From sequence record MT658802.1: DNA of 24,000 bases, one strand, 5' to 3'. The position numbers and the translations under genes are program-made. The stretch is from Mycobacterium phage Aziz. The notes under the pieces were generated by a model that was not told the DNA's origin, did no database searches, and saw nothing but the letters and a program-made list of their open reading frames with translations. Shown piece after piece: positions 8,271-14,492 of this stretch. Position 1 is the first letter of the stretch. Each line of letters starts with the position of its first letter.

Positions 8271-8789
8271 ATGACCATCTGGAAACCGGTCCCGCACATG
8301 GCCTTCGCGGACTACGAAGCCTCCAACGAGGGCGAGATCTTCCTCAAGGAGTACGAGCGCCAGTTCTCCACGAAGAACAAGTCGTGGACGAAGACCTACG
8401 GCGGCAAGACCCTACAGCAGCGTATCCGCCCCACCGGCCTGTCTGCGGGCAAGCACCCCGTCGTGGGCGTCCGCACCTCGACTGGTGGCTCCAAGGAGAA
8501 GCGAGTCGCGCTCCTGGTGGCCTCCGCATTCCACGGGCTGCCGTACGACCCCGAGGACAAGAGCGACCTGCAGCAGTGGCGTCTGGTCTTCATCGACGGC
8601 GACACCCGCAACTGCCGACCGGAGAACCTCGAGTGGGCTCGTGCCATCACGGGTGACACCGCCGACTTCTACGACCAGAACCGTCGGGCGTGGGAGGCAG
8701 CCAAGAAGGAGTCCGCAGTCGACTTCAACCGGCGCATGTATGGCGACGACTTCGATGAGGACGAGTGGGATGCGCTTCAGGCGGCGTAA
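8271..8789 (+). CDS. HNH-like homing endonuclease family protein
   Basis: KTLQQRIRPTGLSAGKHPVVGVRTSTGGSKEKRVALLVASAFHG...VFIDGDTRNCRPENLEWA, NUMOD4/HNH-style N...N/H pattern. Confidence 0.65.
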   Translation: MTIWKPVPHMAFADYEASNEGEIFLKEYERQFSTKNKSWTKTYGGKTLQQRIRPTGLSAGKHPVVGVRTSTGGSKEKRVALLVASAFHGLPYDPEDKSDLQQWRLVFIDGDTRNCRPENLEWARAITGDTADFYDQNRRAWEAAKKESAVDFNRRMYGDDFDEDEWDALQAA

Positions 8790-8889
8790 GTCCCGGCGTC
8801 GAATCGACTGGGATGGCGTACTGGACGACCTGATCGAGATCTTCACCTTCGCATGGGTGTTCACGCTTCTCGATAACTTACTTGATTAG
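8770..8889 (+). CDS. Small basic/hydrophobic protein
   Basis: MRFRRRKSRRRIDWDGVLDDLIEIFTFAWVFTLLDNLLD, 20-nt overlap with previous gene. Confidence 0.4.
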   Translation: MRFRRRKSRRRIDWDGVLDDLIEIFTFAWVFTLLDNLLD

Positions 8890-8896
8890 GAGAGAC

Positions 8897-9202
8897 ATGA
8901 GCGACAACTACCTGATGATCCATGGCGCGTCCGATGACCTGATCGAGGTTTCGGGTCGCGTCACTGAGGAGTTCGACTGCCCCGGTAGGGGTTTGGTTGA
9001 GGTGTTCATCCGTAACGATGGCCGCTTGGCTGTGTTCACTGTGGCCGTGAGGCTTGACGGGGTGTGGCTGGTTTCCGTTGCAGCCGCCGCGAACGACTTC
9101 TCGGTTGAGGTGGAGTACACCCAGCGCCCTGACCGTGACGAGGACGCTGCAGTCGTCTTCACCTTGGCTCCTGACGACGAGGTTGAGGTGAGGCTGGTAT
9201 GA
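8897..9202 (+). CDS. Hypothetical protein
   Basis: AGGAGAG RBS; MSDNYLMIHGASDDLIEVSGRVTEEF... Confidence 0.75.
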   Translation: MSDNYLMIHGASDDLIEVSGRVTEEFDCPGRGLVEVFIRNDGRLAVFTVAVRLDGVWLVSVAAAANDFSVEVEYTQRPDRDEDAAVVFTLAPDDEVEVRLV

Positions 9203-9381
9203 GCTACCGCTATGCCAAGTACATCCTGATCAGTGATGATCGTGTCGATGAGCGCGTGTTCCGTGTCCTCGGTGCCGCGAAGGGGATCCGCACCCGCTAC
9301 TACAAGGGCAAGGGCGACATCTATGAGGTCGTGGCCGGTGAGAGCTGGGAGCCGCGCCTAGAGCTGGTGGACAGCCAGTGA
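9199..9381 (+). CDS. Hypothetical protein
   Basis: ATGA overlap; MSYRYAKYILISDDRVDERVFRVLG... Confidence 0.7.
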   Translation: MSYRYAKYILISDDRVDERVFRVLGAAKGIRTRYYKGKGDIYEVVAGESWEPRLELVDSQ

Positions 9382-9563
9382 GTGATGCACGGATCGTCCT
9401 GACCATCGACTACGAACCGAATCTCGACCACTACCCCGATCACATCACCACGAAGCGTGATGCGATGGAGTTCGACGTGCAGCAGGTGTTGGACGGCAAT
9501 GTATCCGACGAGGATCTGTTTAGCGCCGCCGACTGTCTCGACTGGGAAGTGGTGGACCGCTAG
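9378..9563 (+). CDS. Hypothetical protein
   Basis: Overlap chain; MSDARIVLTIDYEPNLDHYPDHITT... Confidence 0.7.
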   Translation: MSDARIVLTIDYEPNLDHYPDHITTKRDAMEFDVQQVLDGNVSDEDLFSAADCLDWEVVDR

Positions 9564-9799
9564 TGAGCGACGTAGCGGTGATGGCCGCGATCATCGAGCA
9601 GAAGGCCGTCGGCAAAGACATCATGGAGCGCGTCTACCGTGCCACGACCAAGTCGGCGAACTCAGCCGCACAGGCTCTGTACGACGCCGGATTCCGTATG
9701 GTGGCCCAATCGGTTGACCAGTCTCAGAATGAGCGCCTGCAGGCCATTGAGAGCCGCCTGGACCGCATTGAGGGATGGACGGGCACAACACTCATATGA
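9563..9799 (+). CDS. Hypothetical protein
   Basis: Overlap chain; MSDVAVMAAIIEQKAVGKDIMERVYRATTK... Confidence 0.7.
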   Translation: MSDVAVMAAIIEQKAVGKDIMERVYRATTKSANSAAQALYDAGFRMVAQSVDQSQNERLQAIESRLDRIEGWTGTTLI

Positions 9800-10056
9800 G
9801 CCTGATCATGCCGATGATGATCGGCCACCAGACCATCGGCTCCATCGTCATCAGCCGCCTGGAGAAGCTCTCCGACAAGGACACCTACCTGTACGAGTGG
9901 GAGGTGTTCATGAAGGAGGGTCGCAACCTTCGCGGTGAACGCGAGCAGGAGCACTACACCGGCACCGTTGAGCATGACTACGACGACGGCGCTGTGAGGT
10001 TGATTCAGAAGGTGATGGAGAAGGTTCCCCATCCTGAACGAAAGGAAGTCGCATGA
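9796..10056 (+). CDS. Hypothetical protein
   Basis: ATGA overlap; MSLIMPMMIGHQTIGSIVISRLEKLSDKDTYLYEWEV... Confidence 0.75.
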   Translation: MSLIMPMMIGHQTIGSIVISRLEKLSDKDTYLYEWEVFMKEGRNLRGEREQEHYTGTVEHDYDDGAVRLIQKVMEKVPHPERKEVA

Positions 10057-10298
10057 CCACACGACGCGAGAAGGCCCGCCAGAAGTACAAGGCCCGCTAC
10101 GGATCTGCACCGTCGAGCGATTCGACACTGAGCAACTTCATGGCCACCATGGCGGCGTCCGAGTTCTACGGCTGTTCGGACTACATCAGTGGCAGCAGCT
10201 ACGACAGCGGCTCGTCGTACTCGCCCAGCTACGACTCGGGCAGCTCATACAGCGACTCGGGCAGCAGTTCCTTCGACGGCGGAAGCTGCAGCTTCTAG
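10053..10298 (+). CDS. Hypothetical protein with Ser/Gly/Tyr-rich low-complexity tail
   Basis: MTTRREKARQKYKARYG...SGSSYDSGSSYSPSYDSGSSYSDSGSSSFDGGSCSF, tandem (Y)DSGSSY repeats. Confidence 0.75.
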   Translation: MTTRREKARQKYKARYGSAPSSDSTLSNFMATMAASEFYGCSDYISGSSYDSGSSYSPSYDSGSSYSDSGSSSFDGGSCSF

Positions 10299-10316
10299 CT
10301 GGTCGCGTAACACTGA

Positions 10317-10357
10317 AGTCCTCTCTCCCATGAGATAATTGGGGGAGAGGACTTTTT
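10317..10357 (+). terminator. Rho-independent terminator
   Basis: AGTCCTCTCTCCC / GGGGGAGAGGACT 13-bp stem followed by TTTTT. Confidence 0.9.
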
Positions 10358-10360
10358 GCA

Positions 10361-10684
10361 TTGCCGACATCCAGTAAGAACGGCCCGCGTTCCCGAGGCC
10401 GCACTGGTGGGAAGTACGAACGGGCGAAGTGGCGCGTCCTGAAAGCAAATCAGATCTGCGCCCACCCCGACTGCCGCAAGCTCATCGACCTGGACCTGAA
10501 GTGGCCGGATCCCCTGAGCCCCACCGTGAACCACATCATCCCCGTCAAGGATCTCGCGTGGGACGACCCACTCACCTACTCGGTCGAGAACCTTGAGCCC
10601 ATGCATCTCGTATGCAATCAGCGTCTCGGCGCTGGACCGCGAAAGAAGCAGAAGCACCAGCGATCCCGCAATTGGCGGGAGTAA
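10361..10684 (+). CDS. HNH endonuclease
   Basis: ICAHPDCRKL...DPLSPTVNHIIPVKDLAWDDPLTYSVENLEPMHLVCNQRLG; HNH core; TTG start. Confidence 0.85.
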   Translation: MPTSSKNGPRSRGRTGGKYERAKWRVLKANQICAHPDCRKLIDLDLKWPDPLSPTVNHIIPVKDLAWDDPLTYSVENLEPMHLVCNQRLGAGPRKKQKHQRSRNWRE

Positions 10685-10768
10685 CAGCAAACGCATGTTA
10701 CACTAGAAGTAGGCGTAAGCAACACGAATGGTGTTGCACAGCAAACATCATTCAAGTTAGGACACCAC

Positions 10769-10978
10769 ATGGCTTCCCCCGAGAACCCGTTCGTTCCGCT
10801 GGACCCATCGGACTACAACCTGTCCGGCTCGGCGGCAGCTGAGACCGCGCTCGAGGGCATCTACAAGCCACTCGTCGGCGCTGGACCGCATCCCGACCTG
10901 ACCCTGGCCGAGTTGAATCAGCGATTCGATGGCACCGGCACCGCACCCGCACACACGTTCCCGACGCCACAGAACTGA
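10769..10978 (+). CDS. Hypothetical protein
   Basis: MASPENPFVPLDPSDYNLSGSAAAETALEGIYKPLVGAGPHPDLTLAELNQRF... Confidence 0.7.
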   Translation: MASPENPFVPLDPSDYNLSGSAAAETALEGIYKPLVGAGPHPDLTLAELNQRFDGTGTAPAHTFPTPQN

Positions 10979-11004
10979 TGTTCTGAGGTCATAGGCCCTC
11001 ACGG

Positions 11005-11044
11005 AGGCCCTCGGTCAGCGAATGTGCTGGCCGGGGGCCTTTTT
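11005..11044 (+). terminator. Rho-independent terminator upstream of the RNA array
   Basis: AGGCCCTCGGTCAGC / GCTGGCCGGGGGCCT 15-bp stem, GAATGT loop, TTTTT tail. Confidence 0.9.
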
Positions 11045-11050
11045 GGTTCT

Positions 11051-11081
11051 CCTGTAATCACTTCTGATCGCGGTCTAATCT
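11051..11081 (+). promoter_or_regulatory. Putative promoter of the tRNA/tmRNA array, recurrent motif copy 3
   Basis: CCTGTAATCAC, 14 nt, TAATCT, immediately after the terminator. Confidence 0.65.
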
Positions 11082-11235
11082 TGTTCTTGTCCGGTTCAAG
11101 AGGGACCGGAACGAAGCGGTACAGAACGGGAATCCCTCCCAAATCCCATGTCTTTCAGGGGATTCCCACAACTACAGGGCATGAAGCACCCGGTAGTTAC
11201 CCGACCATCGGGCCGATGACACCCGGTGGTCACCT

Positions 11236-11307
11236 ATGGGCGTGGCTTGATAGGGAAGCAACGGTCTCCAAAGCCGTGAAATGCAGGTTCGAATCCTGCC
11301 GCCCGTG
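11236..11307 (+). tRNA. tRNA-Trp(CCA)
   Basis: ATGGGCG/CGCCCGT acceptor, loop CTCCAAA, T arm GCAGG TTCGAAT CCTGC. Confidence 0.88.
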
Positions 11308-11374
11308 CGTTCGTTCGACCGAACACCTGAATCTTGATAACTACATAGCGATTATGTTTCAAATGTTTTTCAAT

Positions 11375-11773
11375 GGGGCTGTACTGGTTTCGATTGCGAA
11401 CCGAGTCCATGGAAGCGTGCCGGGAAGATACGCCCGTAACAGTTCAACCTTATAAGCGCTGCTTTTGTCGCTGCTGATTACGCCGTAGGTGCGTGATCCG
11501 GTGGGGTTCAGAGTTTCACCCGTTTTCTGAACAATCCCACCGTCATTCAAAACGGGGAACCTGCATACCGACTCAGCATGCAGTGAGCCAGCGATGGCCA
11601 TAATGCAGATGTCCTCCCGCCGTGAGGAGCGTAGATCGGCTGTGTACCCACACGGTGACCCTTCGAGGGTTAAGCCCTGTGAGCCAATGGGATACGAGAT
11701 GAGTTGCAGGCTACGCACGTAGAAGAATGAGTACAGAGAACGTAAGACGCGGGTTCGATTCCCGCCAGCTCCA
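11375..11773 (+). ncRNA. ssrA: tmRNA
   Basis: 5' GGGGCTGTACTGGTTTCGATTG, 3' GACGCGGGTTCGATTCCCGCCAGCTCCA, paired GGGGCTG/CAGCTCC, and internal tag frame GCT GCT TTT GTC GCT GCT GAT TAC GCC GTA GGT GCG TGA at 11458-11496. Confidence 0.93.
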
Positions 11774-11944
11774 CGAGACTGCGCACCAGAGGGTAGGCGG
11801 ACGGGTCAGAGTCCCGTTGCGCCCCTTGGGGAGGCGGGTCACACAGTTTCCTGTTTTCACTGTAAAGCAGGTGGTGGGATCTGGACCTTAGGCAGTCCCG
11901 ATCAGTCCTCGGCTTCCCAGTCAGCCGTCACCCGACTGGGGTAA

Positions 11945-12019
11945 TGGGGTATAGCCACAATGGCAGTGGCACCGGGCTGTTAACTCGGAAGAGTGTTGGT
12001 TCGAGTCCAGCTACCCTAG
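11945..12019 (+). tRNA. tRNA-Asn(GTT)
   Basis: TGGGGTA/TACCCTA acceptor, D stem GCCA/TGGC, loop CTGTTAA, T arm GTTGG TTCGAGT CCAGC. Confidence 0.88.
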
Positions 12020-12023
12020 CGTA

Positions 12024-12095
12024 GCGGGAGGTCGGTGGTTCGAGTCCACCAGCGAGTCGTAAGGGCTCGCTTAGCTCAGTTGGCAGAGCGCCCGC
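12024..12095 (+). tRNA. Candidate circularly permuted tRNA: 3' half (about 12020-12058) upstream of 5' half (12065-about 12098)
   Basis: In order: GCGGG AGGTC GGTGG-TTCGAGT-CCACC AGCGAGT C [GTAAGG] GCTCGCT TA GCTC-AGTTGGCA-GAGC G CCCGC. Acceptor AGCGAGT/GCTCGCT 7/7 pairs (one G-U), anticodon stem CCCGC/GCGGG 5/5, canonical D and T arms and AGGTC variable loop. Anticodon depends on the junction. Confidence 0.8.
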
Positions 12096-12103
12096 GTTAA
12101 GCA

Positions 12104-12168
12104 GACGGAGGGGCCGAGTTCGATTCCGGCATGGCGAAAGTCGTTAGGTGATCTGGGATCACACCGTC
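12104..12168 (+). other. Second, degenerate permuted-tRNA-like element
   Basis: Outer stem GACGG(12104-12108)/CCGTC(12164-12168), T arm GCCG(a)G-TTCGATT-CCGGC with bulged A, TGGCGA/TCGTTA acceptor-like stem (12132-12137/12141-12146), hairpin GTGATC-TGG-GATCAC in D-arm position. Confidence 0.35.
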
Positions 12169-12590
12169 GAAACTTTGAGGCATGGCTCATAGGCCAGGGA
12201 GACCTGGTGAAAGGGGAGAGTGACATCTCCTCGCCCGCAAGGGTTCTCCATGCAATGTTGCTGCAGTGAAGATCGTTTACGGCGGTCTTCGAGATGCGAG
12301 CTACGCCTAGGTGTCCAGGGCCGTGAACCGGTGGGACGCACCATGCCGTACGTGCGGCTGAAAGGGCTATCGAGCGAGTGTGGGTATGCAGGACAAGGTG
12401 GAAGAACAGTCTGAGGCTTGGCAGCTAAGGGCGGTCACCATGATCGTTTGTGAACTGGTCGGCGGATCAGGGAAGAACAGGAGAATGCGGAACACGTTGC
12501 CAGCGTGAAGCATTAGAGGCGTGAAGCATTCTGTGCCCCAAAAGGGTTCGGAACTTCATGGGGAAGCACGTCTCTCGTCAAACAACACCA

Positions 12591-12643
12591 TGCTATTGGT
12601 TAGCAAACTGTCTTGAACACAGTTGTCGGGGTTCAATTCCCCA
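12591..12643 (+). other. Partial tRNA-like element (D, anticodon and T arms without an adjacent acceptor 5' strand)
   Basis: TGCT-ATTGGTT-AGCA, ACTGT-CTTGAAC-ACAGT (would read TGA), GGGG-TTCAATT-CCCC; no 5' strand complementary to CAAGCAA is adjacent. Confidence 0.45.
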
Positions 12644-12936
12644 CAAGCAAAAGTTCTTCCCCTGCCGGAAAGCAAAAGCGCCTTAATCCCCGACTGTGGA
12701 GCAGAATCGGGGCAGGACGAGCCCGCAAGGCAGATCCTGTTTGTAGGCAAGTAGTGCAGCCATGGGACGGCCATCCTAACGGCGAAGCGAAAGTCGCAGA
12801 GTAGCTTTCGGTATGACGAGTGGTTCACGTACGAACCAGGCGTTGCACATACGCGGGGGACCGCGTGGACAAGTCGGGAATCCATAATCCGACGAAAGTG
12901 TGCGGAGCAAGGTTTAGTCTCTAACCCTTACACAAT

Positions 12937-13008
12937 CGGAATGTGCAGCCTAATGGTAAGGCGGGGAGTTCGCGACTCCCGATCCAGGTTCGAATCCTGG
13001 CGCTCCGG
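12937..13008 (+). tRNA. tRNA-Ala(CGC), probable
   Basis: CGGAATG/CGCTCCG acceptor (one A-C mismatch), GGGAG-TTCGCGA-CTCCC, T arm CCAGG TTCGAAT CCTGG; short variable loop. Confidence 0.6.
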
Positions 13009-13085
13009 CGTTACCCTGTTCACACCTTCAAATTAACTACGATTTCCAGGTGTTTTGTTTGCCGACAGTCGAACAGGGTTTCAAT

Positions 13086-13162
13086 CTCGTCGCGAATAGG
13101 CGATCACAGCTGGCTGTAAACCAGCTCCTTCGGGTGTGCAGGTTCGACTCCTGACGGCGAGA
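13086..13162 (+). tRNA. tRNA-Tyr(GTA)
   Basis: CTCGTCG/CGGCGAG acceptor, GCTGG-CTGTAAA-CCAGC, 12-nt variable arm, T loop TTCGACT. Confidence 0.85.
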
Positions 13163-13452
13163 CGTTCGGCGAAGAGGTGCCTACTCCACCTGTGGACACG
13201 GTGAGAGTTCTTAGGGCCGTCCCCGGTCTGGGCTTCGCTATGGGTGGCGCATCGAACACGCTCCCATCGGCTAGTGGAGAGGTGAGCCGACCGAATTGCC
13301 TTTCCAGCCAACTTGACCGGGTTCGTTCAGTCCGTAGTTCCTCCCCGGTGGATCCAACAATTCGAACATGCGGACTGTGTTGGTCGCACAGCAGAGTGAG
13401 CGACCAGGCTGGTCACCTAACTTCGGGTCGCTCCCGAGTCAACGACCATTAT

Positions 13453-13523
13453 TGTCTTCTCGACTAACGGCAAGTCACTGGGCTCTGACCCCAGCAATTG
13501 AGGTTCGAATCCTTGGGGGACAA
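13453..13523 (+). tRNA. tRNA-Gln(CTG)
   Basis: TGTCTTC/GGGGACA acceptor, GACT/AGTC D stem, CTGGG-CTCTGAC-CCCAG, T loop TTCGAAT. Confidence 0.85.
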
Positions 13524-13529
13524 CGCATT

Positions 13530-13601
13530 CGGGATATGGTGTAAGGGTTAGCGTACCGGCGTTGGAGACCGGAAGACATGGTTCGAGTCCATGTATCCCG
13601 A
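13530..13601 (+). tRNA. tRNA-Pro(TGG)
   Basis: CGGGATA/TATCCCG acceptor, CCGGC-GTTGGAG-ACCGG (C-A mismatch at 31-39), T loop TTCGAGT. Confidence 0.8.
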
Positions 13602-13622
13602 CGACGAGTTTCCTGGTTTCCC

Positions 13623-13695
13623 CGGCTACAAAACCAGGTCTGGCAAGTGAAGCAGCGGGGAGTCCCGCGACCGGCGTCGAATACCGGGAAGCCGT
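13623..13695 (+). other. tRNA-like element without a readable anticodon loop
   Basis: CGGCTAC/GAAGCCG (6/7) acceptor at exact class I spacing, T-arm-like CCGGC-GTCGAAT-ACCGG, but GCGGG-GAGT-CCCGC where the anticodon arm should be. Confidence 0.3.
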
Positions 13696-13825
13696 CATGG
13701 AGCTTGGGGATCAAGACCTCCGCTTGCCGCATCGACTGACCGGTGGGGGCCTCCCGGTCGCATTTCAGAGTCGCTACCCATGGCGGGATGCATACCAATT
13801 GGGTGGAATTGGGGCCTCAGACTTT

Positions 13826-13909
13826 GGAGAATGGAGCCCACCAGGTGGTGGGGACCGATTGCTAATCGGCTCGCAGCCCCGCTGTGTGGATCGTGCCCAC
13901 TCTTCTCCG
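13826..13909 (+). tRNA. tRNA-Ser(GCT)
   Basis: GGAGAAT/CTTCTCC (6/7), loop TTGCTAA, long variable arm, G73; T arm GTGG-ATCGTGC-CCAC has a non-canonical loop. Confidence 0.6.
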
Positions 13910-13910
13910 C

Positions 13911-14030
13911 GTGAACGCATACAAGTGCAGTGCATGTAAGCGCCCGGTCGGTCTGATGGTCGACGCGAAGGGCGAGCCCGAGATGTTCAAGTGCCCGAAT
14001 ACCGGGCGGGTGGCTTCGGCCACCAAGTGA
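13911..14030 (+). CDS. Small Cys-rich (zinc-ribbon-like) protein, 39 aa, embedded in the RNA array
   Basis: GTG start; MNAYKCSACKRPVGLMVDAKGEPEMFKCPNTGRVASATK with CxxC...C. Confidence 0.5.
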   Translation: MNAYKCSACKRPVGLMVDAKGEPEMFKCPNTGRVASATK

Positions 14031-14140
14031 GAGACCACGCCCTCGACGGAACTGGTGAACCGTCGTGAAGCCGAGGCGTCAGACCACAGGCCGCGTGTAC
14101 CCCAGATGGCGGGTGGCGGCAGGGAAAATATCGGCACAAT

Positions 14141-14215
14141 CGGTTCGTAGCTCAGTTTGGCAAGAGCGCTGGCTTGAAACCCCAGAGGCCCCAGGTTCGA
14201 CTCCTGGCGTTCCGG
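14141..14215 (+). tRNA. tRNA-Phe(GAA), probable
   Basis: D arm GCTC-AGTTTGGCAA-GAGC, loop TTGAAAC, T arm CCAGG TTCGACT CCTGG; acceptor CGGTTCG/CGTTCCG contains two T-T mismatches. Confidence 0.7.
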
Positions 14216-14355
14216 CGTGTAGATGAAACCAGATCCGTCCGCTACTGGTGAAAAGCGGCGCAGGCCATGGAGACACACAGGCAGCCTGGGAAAATTGCCC
14301 CCATGTAACAACTCGAAGCCGACTACCCAGTGAGGCGATAAACAACCTGGGTTAT

Positions 14356-14426
14356 TGCGCGGTGGTGTAACGGGAACATCCTGGTCTCATAAGTCAGGGC
14401 TTCGGGTTCGAATCCCGGCTGCGCAA
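14356..14426 (+). tRNA. tRNA-Met(CAT) (elongator Met or Ile2)
   Basis: TGCGCGG/CTGCGCA acceptor, loop CTCATAA, T arm TCGGG TTCGAAT CCCGG. Confidence 0.85.
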
Positions 14427-14492
14427 CAAGGACGGTTGATCTAGACAGCCGTTAGAGCCTTGGACAAAAACCCCGCGAGTGGGAACAAAACC

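Noticed and set aside
11775-11943. Additional tRNA between the tmRNA and tRNA-Asn
   Set aside because: ACGGG-TCAGAGT-CCCGT mimics a T arm and CCTGT...GCAGG an anticodon stem, but no matching acceptor or canonical T loop; left unannotated.
12012-12108. Canonical bulge-helix-bulge motif at the permuted tRNA junction
   Set aside because: I looked for 3-nt bulges flanking a 4-bp helix between ...TAGCGTA|GCGGG and CCCGC|GTTAAGC...; no convincing helix, so the cleaving activity is left unspecified.
12139-12936. Group I or group II intron splitting a tRNA
   Set aside because: No recognisable P/Q/R/S (AGACTA / ATAGTCC) or domain V sequence, and the 3' acceptor half matching the 12065 5' half lies upstream, not downstream.
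13163-13452. tRNA between Tyr and Gln
   Set aside because: Sequences such as CGGGTTCGTTCAGTCCG and AATTCGAAC resemble T loops but lack complementary stems and acceptor pairs on either strand.
13562-13939. ORFs in the tRNA array (13562-13939, 13862-14311 minus, 15234-15629, 15642-15977, 11359-11718 minus)
   Set aside because: They run through canonical tRNAs and the tmRNA; translations contain tRNA-derived strings (e.g. VRVHVSRR, GFEPPYLTA) and no protein motifs.
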